Virus record (IMG/VR): IMGVR_UViG_3300021964_009390 | Coordinates: 62,001-126,000 of that record | Strand: one strand, 5' to 3' | Length of the DNA: 64,000 nucleotides | Part shown: piece by piece, positions 35,613 to 44,734 of the stretch | How positions within the stretch are numbered: the stretch's first letter is position 1 | Layout: every line of letters begins with the position of its first letter | Notes under the pieces: model-generated | Databases searched by the model: none | What the model was told of the DNA's origin: nothing | Seen by the model: the letters and a program-made list of their open reading frames with translations, nothing else | Made by a program: the position numbers and the translations under genes

Positions 35613-36199
35613 TAAGTCACGAGCATAAATTTCTTTTCATTCATGTGCCACGGACAAGTGGTAGCAGCATCGAGATACAGTTTAAATACAACGATGCAGG
35701 TATGTGGATGGTAAACTATGATGGTCGTAAGCATTGGACATTGAACCAATGGAAAGAACATTTAGAACCGGAAGTATTTGAAACATATTTCAAATTCACA
35801 ATTGTCCGGAATCCTTGGGACCGGGTAATCAGCAAATATTGTACACGTAATGAGTTTGGACCGATCGGACAACCGGCCGGAAAATCACTGAAATATTTTC
35901 TAGACAATTACAAAACTCCCGGGAACGAACATGGAGAGACCTTGATTGATTATTTCGATCCGGAGCAGATGGATTACATCGGTAGATTTGAATCTAGAGA
36001 GGACACATTAACATATGTGTCACAGAAAATTGGTGTAGAAATAGACAATAGCTACAAGCTTAGACCAGTACAAGCCACGATCAAGCAACAAAACGATAAC
36101 CATCATTACACCGAATACTATGATGAAGAAACAAAACAAATTGTTGCGGAACGATACGCACGTGACATCGAGTTGTTCGGGTATGAATTTGGTGACTAA
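35609..36199 (+). CDS. Sulfotransferase family 2
   Basis: FIHVPRTSGSS, VRNPWDRVIS, IGRFE, shared tail. Confidence 0.9.
   Translation: MISHEHKFLFIHVPRTSGSSIEIQFKYNDAGMWMVNYDGRKHWTLNQWKEHLEPEVFETYFKFTIVRNPWDRVISKYCTRNEFGPIGQPAGKSLKYFLDNYKTPGNEHGETLIDYFDPEQMDYIGRFESREDTLTYVSQKIGVEIDNSYKLRPVQATIKQQNDNHHYTEYYDEETKQIVAERYARDIELFGYEFGD
36107..36191 (+). repeat. 85-nt perfect direct repeat of 32538-32622
   Basis: TACACCGAATACTATGATGAAG...GGGTATGAATTTG identical in both copies. Confidence 0.9.
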
Positions 36200-36246
36200 T
36201 TATATCTGACTCGGTTCAAAAGTAACAGTTTAGAATAAATATATAT

Positions 36247-36507
36247 ATGGAAGGTCAGGATTACTTGATCGCTGTGTTAGGAGCAGTGATCAGCATATTA
36301 GGGTGGTTTGTTCGCCGCGAAGTGTTGCGTGTGGAACACAAACTACAATTACTCAAAGAACAAGTGAAAGAGCTACAGATAGAGTGGCAAATAAATGACA
36401 CACGGGACCGCGAGCGATGGAGATGGATAGATAAAAACATGGAGGACCGGAGACAGGATATCCGGAAATTGTTTGATAGTATCTATGAACTTACAAAAAA
36501 CAAATAA
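36247..36507 (+). CDS. TM plus coiled-coil late protein (holin-like topology)
   Basis: N-terminal TM helix; TAAATA-5nt-ATG. Confidence 0.6.
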   Translation: MEGQDYLIAVLGAVISILGWFVRREVLRVEHKLQLLKEQVKELQIEWQINDTRDRERWRWIDKNMEDRRQDIRKLFDSIYELTKNK

Positions 36508-36533
36508 ATTTGGGGAATAAAGATATATAAATT

Positions 36534-36842
36534 ATGAAACATATATTAAAACATTTGAAAGATTTGACGATATTCTCGGACGAGGTGGATATAATGTATG
36601 GGCGAACAGACACATTGCATTTACTAGATTATGTGAACGAACTGAGCGAGCATAAAGAACTCATCATGACATTACTACAAGACCATATCAAGCGACTGGA
36701 ATTTTGTGAGTACAAATACAGAGGCATGGAAGAATCTAAATATACAGAAGAGAAACAACAGTACATACAACTATACAAAATAATGGGTGTACTGGTTGGT
36801 GTACCAGTTGTAGATGAATTTTTGAACAACTGGAAGAATTAA
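36534..36842 (+). CDS. Hypothetical protein
   Basis: ORF. Confidence 0.6.
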   Translation: MKHILKHLKDLTIFSDEVDIMYGRTDTLHLLDYVNELSEHKELIMTLLQDHIKRLEFCEYKYRGMEESKYTEEKQQYIQLYKIMGVLVGVPVVDEFLNNWKN

Positions 36843-36892
36843 TTAACCGGTTCCACCGGTTGATATGTCCGGGACAATATATACATATTGGT

Positions 36893-37219
36893 ATGATACA
36901 ACCCAAACTAGACAATCAACAAAGGGAACTTTATGCAACTGTATTGGTTAGAACATACACCAGTGATGTGTATGTAGGACCGGACATACGTTGGGAGTGT
37001 CTAGAACAAATGGCCAATTGTGATGATCAATCGTCTGTGTATCTAGAGCCAGTACAGGGATCTCAAAGACGGGTGATTGTCGCGGTACTCAAGAATGAAG
37101 AGCAGATGAGCGACATATGCAAACAACTGATACCTCTGTGTTATGCAATAACACAATGTGTCAAAGACAGCACTAACAACAGATTGGTGGTCAAATGGAT
37201 GAACATATGTGATGTCTGA
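36893..37219 (+). CDS. Hypothetical protein
   Basis: ORF. Confidence 0.55.
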   Translation: MIQPKLDNQQRELYATVLVRTYTSDVYVGPDIRWECLEQMANCDDQSSVYLEPVQGSQRRVIVAVLKNEEQMSDICKQLIPLCYAITQCVKDSTNNRLVVKWMNICDV

Positions 37220-37508
37220 CGATTGGATATCACATGCCCAGGTCACCTCACAACCACAACGCAAACATGCGGATCTGGGTGGTATGGATCATGTGTACAA
37301 CATCTGGCATGAACCCACAGGTATCATACTGATGACACAAAAACCTCCCGGGGAAGATATTGTATATCTAGGACAGCTAGGTGTGGGGCCCAATTTCACT
37401 AAGCACTACACACAACAACAAATAGATGATGTTATTGAGTCATGTGGAGAGCTAATAGAGAGCCGGAGGAACTATTTGAAGCCTAAAAAGCGTAAAAAAC
37501 GCAAGTGA
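37212..37508 (+). CDS. Hypothetical protein
   Basis: Operonic ORF. Confidence 0.55.
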   Translation: MSDDWISHAQVTSQPQRKHADLGGMDHVYNIWHEPTGIILMTQKPPGEDIVYLGQLGVGPNFTKHYTQQQIDDVIESCGELIESRRNYLKPKKRKKRK

Positions 37509-37510
37509 CA

Positions 37511-37837
37511 TCAATAACGTGTATATGCTCTCAAACTGGCTAGAATCCGGTTCAGATTCCCGGACCAGAATCGACGCGCGTGTACAGCGCAAGGGGTAGT
37601 ATCACTTACAATCACACCAGCTTCTTCTCCAGGGTGTATTATGTCATCAACATAATCGAACGCACCATGCGCAGTCAGGTATTTGTAGCATGTGTCCACA
37701 TGATGTGGTTCCGACTCAATAACAACATCATGTTCAGTGTACACTTTGGTGTACAGCGTGATGTCGCGGAACACACTGATCTCACTAGGTGGAAATATTA
37801 AATCGTTTTTTATAATGATAATGTTTGATACTCTCAT
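37511..37837 (-). CDS. Hypothetical protein
   Basis: ORF divergent from cysC. Confidence 0.55.
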   Translation of the reverse strand: MRVSNIIIIKNDLIFPPSEISVFRDITLYTKVYTEHDVVIESEPHHVDTCYKYLTAHGAFDYVDDIIHPGEEAGVIVSDTTPCAVHARRFWSGNLNRILASLRAYTRY

Positions 37838-37859
37838 GCTCAGGTATAAATAACTATTT

Positions 37860-38732
37860 ATGAAACTCAAGAGAAAAATTTTGATAATGGGGCTCCCGGG
37901 TGCAGGTAAAACTACACTGGCGGAATTGTTGGTACAAAAGCTATGCGCAGTGTGGTTCAATGCGGACGCTGTTCGTCAAGAGATCAGCAAAGATCTTGGT
38001 TTCACAGCAAATGATAGACTAGAGCATTCACGACGCATGGGTAAAATGTGTGAATTCGCTAGTAAATTCGGAACCTGGGCCATAGCCGATTTTGTATGTC
38101 CCACCAATAAAGCTAGAGAGCTGTTCGATGCAGACTACATAATCTGGGTGGATCGAATCAAGGAAGGTAGATTTGAAGATACAAACAAGATGTTCGAACC
38201 ACCAGCGAATGCAGATCTTGTGTTGAGAGACGGTACACCACAAGAGTGGTTGGAACAGTCCATGGATCTTTTGAAACCGGAGCTATGGGACAATCAAGCT
38301 CCAACCGCGTTGTTGATTGGCCGTTATCAACCATTCCATAAAGGACATAAAACACTAGTGGCCGAAGCCATCAAACGTACCGGGCAATGCTGCATAGCTC
38401 TTAGAGACGTGGGGGGAAAGGATGATAGTAATCCATATGACTTTCAGCAAGTGAAACGTGAGATACACGCGGCATGTCCGGAGTTTGGTGACAAAATAAA
38501 AGTTGTCGAGCTCCCCAACATCACCGATGTATTTTACGGTAGAGGTGTGGGTTACAACATAGAACAACTGGAACTAGACAAGAGCATCCAGGAAATATCG
38601 GCCACCAAGATTCGCAAAGGTGAGATAGACCAACAAGGTAACAAATTGAACAAAAACACAGGTGGTCACAATCCGTTCACTGGAGAAGGTCTCCAAGTTG
38701 ACACACAAAACACAGACCGACGTTACGAGTGA
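37860..38732 (+). CDS. cysC: Adenylyl-sulfate kinase (CysC-like) fused to HIGH nucleotidyltransferase
   Basis: MGLPGAGKTT, NADAVR...DLGFT..DR, FVCP, FEPP; second domain IGRYQPFHKGH ... ISATKIR. Confidence 0.8.
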   Translation: MKLKRKILIMGLPGAGKTTLAELLVQKLCAVWFNADAVRQEISKDLGFTANDRLEHSRRMGKMCEFASKFGTWAIADFVCPTNKARELFDADYIIWVDRIKEGRFEDTNKMFEPPANADLVLRDGTPQEWLEQSMDLLKPELWDNQAPTALLIGRYQPFHKGHKTLVAEAIKRTGQCCIALRDVGGKDDSNPYDFQQVKREIHAACPEFGDKIKVVELPNITDVFYGRGVGYNIEQLELDKSIQEISATKIRKGEIDQQGNKLNKNTGGHNPFTGEGLQVDTQNTDRRYE

Positions 38733-38733
38733 G

Positions 38734-38988
38734 TCAGTTATCCTCCCACTGACTGGTACGATACTTGGCTAGCTCCTCCGGTTCTGGCAACAGCGTGGAA
38801 TGTATAATCTCGCGTTCTTGTAGGTACTGACTTCGATTGAATGCAAACCGGTAATATGCTCTGTACATTTTACATATTGTCATCCATACATACAGCACGA
38901 TCAACGTTGCACCTTCATACAACACTTCCACAATCCACAACAAAACAACAAACGGCAACACGAACAACAACCATATTATGAAATTCAT
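38734..38988 (-). CDS. Small membrane protein
   Basis: Hydrophobic N-terminal half; ATG 6 nt after TATAAT. Confidence 0.55.
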   Translation of the reverse strand: MNFIIWLLFVLPFVVLLWIVEVLYEGATLIVLYVWMTICKMYRAYYRFAFNRSQYLQEREIIHSTLLPEPEELAKYRTSQWEDN

Positions 38989-39045
38989 AACATTATTATA
39001 CAATATCTAGTAGAGTTTGCAACAACAAGTATATATAATATATAG

Positions 39046-39342
39046 ATGAACAAACATATGGAGACAAGTATCAAGGGCATATATCATGAGTATGCCGGTC
39101 AACGCATGCAGGTGCTAGCTGATTTGCACGTACTATTAGACAAACCGATCGGGGTGGGTGACCATGCAGTGCACAGCAAAGACATCAAAGACAAAATCGA
39201 GCAACTGGATCGACTGAATAGTTTGATCGACACCATAAACGAAGAGTTTCACGATGTCACCATGCCGGACCAGAATGTAGATGAGATGAAAAAGGAACAA
39301 CAAGCATCGGACTGTTGTGATGACGGTGCTTGTGATTGTTAA
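39046..39342 (+). CDS. Conserved myovirus hypothetical protein (P.GVGDH motif)
   Basis: L..LLDKPIGVGDH pattern. Confidence 0.65.
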   Translation: MNKHMETSIKGIYHEYAGQRMQVLADLHVLLDKPIGVGDHAVHSKDIKDKIEQLDRLNSLIDTINEEFHDVTMPDQNVDEMKKEQQASDCCDDGACDC

Positions 39343-39372
39343 TAATTACATGTTGTCCGCATAAATAACATT

Positions 39373-40239
39373 ATGAACAAAGATATCGAGAACATTTTTG
39401 AAAATTACCGGTGCAGTATAAATGAATCACCAGAGGCTGTTGCGGCAGCACCAGCGGCAACAGGTGATCCAGTGGCCGATGTAGAAGCAGCGTTTGCCAA
39501 TGGCCCTGGGCAGGATGCTGAAACTTTACAGGCGCAAGTACAAGCTCTCAAAGTTGCATCTGACACAATCACTTCACAAATAGACCAGCTTGGACTAGAG
39601 CGAGACAAAGTTGTTTCCCGGGCGCGAAAAGGAGTCCCCATGCCGGACGACATGAATCCAGCCACTGGCGAGTACCGAGTTACAGACCAGATACAACAGC
39701 TCAACCAGCAATTAACACAAATGAGTCAACTAGCAGCGACCATTCAACAACCAGCTGCTCAAATGGGAGTGGACTTGAGCCCCATCATGGAAGCCATGGA
39801 ACGGTTGTTTGTCACATTGAAAGAACATGCCAACTGGTATGTCAAGTGTTTGATACCAGAGAACAATGGCTCATCACTGCACAAAAGACATCAATTGAAA
39901 CAAATGATTTTTGAAAACAACATACCGGTTCTCGATGAAGGTGATGATGACAACTACCTTAGGGATGTGCTAGGCATGGAACCAGAAGATTTCGAACATG
40001 ATGACCCGGATCAAGCAGCTATGGACAGGCATGATGCACATGACGCTGTTGAATTGTCTAGACATGATAGACCATCCAGTGGACCAGAAGATGGTTTGAT
40101 GGGTGATGTTGAAGCTCTTGAACGTCTGTTGGATGATGAGACTCGTGCAGTGATGGATGATGAAGGTGGTACCATGAGTCGTAGAGAGGCTCGGGAAACG
40201 GCCAAAGACATCATCAAACAAATGATTGATCGATTGTAA
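39373..40239 (+). CDS. Acidic late protein, possible internal head protein
   Basis: TAAATA-5nt-ATG; DIENIFENY..INE and several [IL]xE sites like prohead-protease substrates. Confidence 0.55.
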   Translation: MNKDIENIFENYRCSINESPEAVAAAPAATGDPVADVEAAFANGPGQDAETLQAQVQALKVASDTITSQIDQLGLERDKVVSRARKGVPMPDDMNPATGEYRVTDQIQQLNQQLTQMSQLAATIQQPAAQMGVDLSPIMEAMERLFVTLKEHANWYVKCLIPENNGSSLHKRHQLKQMIFENNIPVLDEGDDDNYLRDVLGMEPEDFEHDDPDQAAMDRHDAHDAVELSRHDRPSSGPEDGLMGDVEALERLLDDETRAVMDDEGGTMSRREARETAKDIIKQMIDRL

Positions 40240-40281
40240 TTGGTAGTTGCTATAACCACATGATGTTCATATCATTTATAT

Positions 40282-40605
40282 ATGAGCAGAACTACACAAA
40301 TACACTTAACACTTGAACAGCTCGACGACTGGAGTCGTGAGAACAATCATCACACATCTTTAGATTATACTAATGTAGAGAACTACATCTGGACATGCAG
40401 CATGCGGCCACCTAAACAGCTGCTGAGACGGTTGTACAAGCTTGTGCATGATGAGGCTGTTGCACCAGAAGATATAGTTATATGGGTGACAGATGAATCT
40501 ACTGGTGAGCAGTACAATTATAACCCCAGAATTGTTGATATATTCTCACATGTACATGAACCAGTACATGTTGAAACTGCTGTATTAACTGGGTTGTTTG
40601 ATTAA
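40282..40605 (+). CDS. Hypothetical protein
   Basis: Leaderless ATG after TTGCTA-17-TATCAT. Confidence 0.6.
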   Translation: MSRTTQIHLTLEQLDDWSRENNHHTSLDYTNVENYIWTCSMRPPKQLLRRLYKLVHDEAVAPEDIVIWVTDESTGEQYNYNPRIVDIFSHVHEPVHVETAVLTGLFD

Positions 40606-40931
40606 GTTATATCCGATACCGGGACGTCGAATACATGTTCTTCAGACGGTAATTCTATCGTGACTGTCATAGATTTTTTATCTACATACACCACGTTCAC
40701 ATCTTCTCCAGTTATGTCATACTTTACCTGGTCCCCTATCTCTGGTAGATGTGTGTCATTATCTTCTTCAAAATAACTGGCGTATGACAAGCGTTGATTT
40801 GGATTACCACGAGCTCTCAATTTAGGTGTGAATTGGTCCTGACCAGTAGAGTATTTTGTGTTCAGATGGTCTAGACCCTCAGCATACAGATTCATTAAAT
40901 TGTCATCATCACTTGTGTAATCTTGTCTCAT
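40602..40931 (-). CDS. Late hypothetical protein with C-terminal SH3/KOW-like segment
   Basis: TAAATA-5nt-ATG; IGDQVKY..TGE..NV. Confidence 0.55.
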   Translation of the reverse strand: MRQDYTSDDDNLMNLYAEGLDHLNTKYSTGQDQFTPKLRARGNPNQRLSYASYFEEDNDTHLPEIGDQVKYDITGEDVNVVYVDKKSMTVTIELPSEEHVFDVPVSDIT

Positions 40932-40982
40932 GTTTATATTTATATTAAACATTGATTAAACTCTAGATTATACTATAATATA

Positions 40983-41351
40983 ATGATGGCTAGAACAAGA
41001 AAAACTAAACGTTTAAAGTGTATCATAACCGGGCGAGAGTTGATATTGTCAAAAGACTATTACCAATCCAAGCTTGAGAAAGCTGGTGACGAGCAGACAT
41101 TGCATGAAACATACATATGTAAGGAAGCCAAAGACCTGATAAAGCGTGGGTATGACGTGGATAAAACTAGAGATTTATTGGGTATACAAGATGATCAGCT
41201 CGGTGATGTGGATTCGAAGATAGTTGAACAAATTCAAAATGATTCCAGAATCAAATACCGTAATATTCCTAAGTTTAATATAAATAACTATACATCAGTG
41301 AAAACCGATCCTGATGTTAAAGAATTTTTAAACCGTATATTGAAACAATAA
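40983..41351 (+). CDS. Hypothetical protein related to 29745
   Basis: LKCIITG...Y....Y.CKEA. Confidence 0.65.
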   Translation: MMARTRKTKRLKCIITGRELILSKDYYQSKLEKAGDEQTLHETYICKEAKDLIKRGYDVDKTRDLLGIQDDQLGDVDSKIVEQIQNDSRIKYRNIPKFNINNYTSVKTDPDVKEFLNRILKQ

Positions 41352-41353
41352 CC

Positions 41354-41569
41354 ATGCTAACAGCCACCACACAAGGAAATTACATTAAAATAATAGATGC
41401 AAAGACAGGTACGACCAAAAGACGTATCCAATACGCCGGGCATTTGATACAAGGACCCATAGTCACCGGTGATGAATGTTCTATCACAGTGCGTATCAAC
41501 CCAAGCGTCACATATTTGATTGTGTATAACATGATGTCTGGTACTTTGCGCCGTAGAGTACGGGTTTAA
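41354..41569 (+). CDS. Hypothetical beta-rich protein
   Basis: Operonic ORF. Confidence 0.55.
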   Translation: MLTATTQGNYIKIIDAKTGTTKRRIQYAGHLIQGPIVTGDECSITVRINPSVTYLIVYNMMSGTLRRRVRV

Positions 41570-41621
41570 TTAGTAATAACTTTTTGTTGAATTACTCCTG
41601 TTACTTGCATAATATACAGTG

Positions 41622-44069
41622 ATGAACGTTACTAAAAGAAACGGTAAGAAAGAAAATTTTAATGAGGACAAAATACTAGCCTGTGTACGGAGAGCTTGTG
41701 ACGGTGATGAAGAACTTGTACAAAAAGTATATTGGAACACCAAACTAAATTTATATGATGGTGTCAAAACCAAAGAAATAGATGAATCTGTGATCAAATC
41801 TGCTCGGTCGTTGATAGAGAAAGACCCTAGATGTAAATACGTTGCTGCAAAGCTGTTGCTAGCTACAATATACAAAGAGGTGTTTGGTGAAGGTGCAGAT
41901 AGTGATGCTTTTGTGTTACAGTACAAAAAAACGTTCATTGTCAATCTGAAAAAACTTATCAAAGAGAAGATTGTTAACAAAGAGTTGGCTAAGTTTGATT
42001 TACAAAAACTGTCAGATGCGTTGGAAATTGATAGAGATTACAGGTTTGAATATCTAGGTTTGCAGACAGTATACGATAGATATCTTATGCATATCAATGA
42101 TGTGAGGATGGAGACTCCTCAAGCATTTTGGATGAGAGTTGCTATGGGGCTCGCGTTGAAGGAGGACCCGAATACTCGCGAAGAATGGGCCATAAAATTT
42201 TACAAGCAGATAAGCAGTTTCGATTTCATGTGCAGTACACCCACATTGTTCAACAGTGGTGGTACATTCAATCAATTGAGTAGTTGTTTTTTAAACACGT
42301 TCGAAGACAGTATCAACGGAATATTTGATGGTTTACATCAAGAAGCTTTGAAGAACAAATACGCTGGTGGTTTGGGTATGGATTTGACAAATTTCCGGGC
42401 ATGTAACAGTTACATTCGAGGGACTAATGGTTACACACAGGGTGCTGTGTATTTCTGGAAACTGTACGGTGACATGCTCACCGCGGTGAATCAAGGTGGT
42501 AAACGACGAGGCGCTGGATGCGCTTATTTAGAGACCTGGCATGCCGACATCGAGGATTTTATACAGCTCAGAAAAAACACTGGAGATGATCGCAAACGCA
42601 CACATGACATGAACACAGCCAACTGGATACCAGACTTGTTCATGAAATGTGTACAAAACGATGAACCATGGTATCTATTCAGTCCTAATGAAGTACCAGA
42701 GTTACATGAATTACATGGTCGTGAGTTTGAAAAAAAATATAAAGAGTATGTCAAGCGCGGAAAGAGGGGTGAGCTTAGAATATTCCGGGAAATTAATGCA
42801 AAAGATTTGTGGAAAAAAATGCTGAGAAGTTTATTCGAGACCGGGCACCCATGGATTACTTTCAAAGACCCTAGCAACACTAGATATAGTAATCAGCATG
42901 CCGGTGTAGTGCATAGCAGCAATTTATGTACCGAGATTTTATTACACACCAAAGCTACTCAATATCATGAAAACAGTCGGAAGGTGAAGTCTCACGGTGA
43001 AACGGCAGTGTGTAATCTGGGTAGTGTGAATCTGAAAAACCACGTAAAAACTGATGCAAACGGTAACGTTAGTATTGATTATAACAAATTGAAAAACACT
43101 GTCTCGTTAGGTTTACGTATGTTAGACAACGTGATAGATATCAATTTCTACCCGACAGAAGAGACTAAAAAAAGTAACATGACTCACCGGCCGGTTGGAA
43201 TGGGTAGCATGGGGTGGCATGACATGTACTATGCTCTAGGTATTGAATTTGATAGTGATGAAGCTGTGAAAATGAGCAGCGATTTGTATGAGTTCATATC
43301 ACATGCTTCGATTGAAGCAAGTTGTGGCCTGGCTAAAGAGCGTGGTAAATATCAGAGTTACGATGGTTCGTTGTGGAGTAAAAATGTTTTCCCTATGGAT
43401 ACATATAAAGATGTGATGAAGTTACGTGAGCATCGTGCCATGAGTCGTTCACGTGGTGATCTCGATTGGACCAAGTTGCGTGACAAAGTTAGTAAACATG
43501 GCATGAGAAACAGCAACACCATGGCGATCGCACCAACCGCTACTATATCTTCAATAACCGGATGTAGTCCGAGCATCGAACCGTATTTCTCTGTATTGTA
43601 TGTGTATAGTACACTAAGTGGTGAGTTCACAATGATTAACGAACATTTTGTAACAGACATGAAAAAATTAGGTAAGTGGGATGAATCATTGGTTGACGAC
43701 CTCAAGAGGACCGATGGAGATGTTTCTCAAATACCTACCGTACCTGAAGAGATAAGAAGGAAATATAAAACGGCATTCCAACAAGACCAAATGAAAATGA
43801 TCGAACAAGCCGGTGCCCGGCAGCGTTGGATAGATCAGGGGCAAAGTTTAAATTTATACAACAACGAGACCAGTCTGAAATACTTGAACGATTTGTACTT
43901 CCATGCGTGGAATCAAGGTCTCAAAACAACATATTACCTGAGGAATCAGAGCGCTAGCAAAATTGAGAAGAGTACAGTTTCTAAAGTGAGTGATCCAGCC
44001 ACTCCGGAGATTGAAAATATATCGGCATGTAGTCTCAATAATCCGGGGGAATGTGAGAGTTGTCAATAG
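41622..44069 (+). CDS. nrdA: Ribonucleotide reductase class Ia alpha subunit with ATP cone
   Basis: VTKRNG ATP cone, STPTLFN, QLSSC, SNLCTEI, AIAPTATIS, KTTYY, C-terminal C..CESCQ. Confidence 0.97.
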   Translation: MNVTKRNGKKENFNEDKILACVRRACDGDEELVQKVYWNTKLNLYDGVKTKEIDESVIKSARSLIEKDPRCKYVAAKLLLATIYKEVFGEGADSDAFVLQYKKTFIVNLKKLIKEKIVNKELAKFDLQKLSDALEIDRDYRFEYLGLQTVYDRYLMHINDVRMETPQAFWMRVAMGLALKEDPNTREEWAIKFYKQISSFDFMCSTPTLFNSGGTFNQLSSCFLNTFEDSINGIFDGLHQEALKNKYAGGLGMDLTNFRACNSYIRGTNGYTQGAVYFWKLYGDMLTAVNQGGKRRGAGCAYLETWHADIEDFIQLRKNTGDDRKRTHDMNTANWIPDLFMKCVQNDEPWYLFSPNEVPELHELHGREFEKKYKEYVKRGKRGELRIFREINAKDLWKKMLRSLFETGHPWITFKDPSNTRYSNQHAGVVHSSNLCTEILLHTKATQYHENSRKVKSHGETAVCNLGSVNLKNHVKTDANGNVSIDYNKLKNTVSLGLRMLDNVIDINFYPTEETKKSNMTHRPVGMGSMGWHDMYYALGIEFDSDEAVKMSSDLYEFISHASIEASCGLAKERGKYQSYDGSLWSKNVFPMDTYKDVMKLREHRAMSRSRGDLDWTKLRDKVSKHGMRNSNTMAIAPTATISSITGCSPSIEPYFSVLYVYSTLSGEFTMINEHFVTDMKKLGKWDESLVDDLKRTDGDVSQIPTVPEEIRRKYKTAFQQDQMKMIEQAGARQRWIDQGQSLNLYNNETSLKYLNDLYFHAWNQGLKTTYYLRNQSASKIEKSTVSKVSDPATPEIENISACSLNNPGECESCQ

Positions 44070-44717
44070 ATGAGACCCCAAGTGTTAATTGTAGGTTGGG
44101 GAGGAGCTGGTCAAACATATCTACTGGAACAATTTAACAAACATGGAGTCCGGACGAATCATTGGAATGATGAAGACAAAGTAAAACATTGTACGTATAA
44201 CTACTTTATAAACCATAACATATACAATATCACCAGAGAACATTTGAATACAATTCCAATTATATACATGTATTGTGATCCGGTAGTTGCTATCAACAGT
44301 TATTATCGTAGAAACTTCGCTAATGCACAACATTACAAAATGAACAGAGATCATGATATATCTAGTATGGAAGCCGAGCAGAATGGGTTGTATACTGCTA
44401 TACCCAATGATAGAACCAAATACATACACCGGGTCATGACAGCCAAGCGAGACTTGTTCAATTATATAAATCACGCTAGAGGGTGGATGAACGCGCCTAG
44501 AATATTTCCAATGTCATTGGAGGACATCATCAAATACAAATCACAATTGTCAGACAAGTTACGTGTACCGTTGAACGTGTTCAACGGTCTGGAAATAAAG
44601 CCTAGAAGTTCTAAAAACCAGGCCCCACAAGCATTCCGCGACGTGTATCTTAAGGTGTATAATGATGTTAGAATTTTGTGCCGGAAATACTTGAATAACA
44701 GTCTCAAAAAAATTTAA
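44070..44717 (+). CDS. Sulfotransferase-fold-like protein between nrdA and nrdB
   Basis: IVGWGGAGQT loop, K(V)KH, YMYCDP..AINSYYRR. Confidence 0.5.
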   Translation: MRPQVLIVGWGGAGQTYLLEQFNKHGVRTNHWNDEDKVKHCTYNYFINHNIYNITREHLNTIPIIYMYCDPVVAINSYYRRNFANAQHYKMNRDHDISSMEAEQNGLYTAIPNDRTKYIHRVMTAKRDLFNYINHARGWMNAPRIFPMSLEDIIKYKSQLSDKLRVPLNVFNGLEIKPRSSKNQAPQAFRDVYLKVYNDVRILCRKYLNNSLKKI

Positions 44718-44734
44718 TCTCAATAAATAAACAT

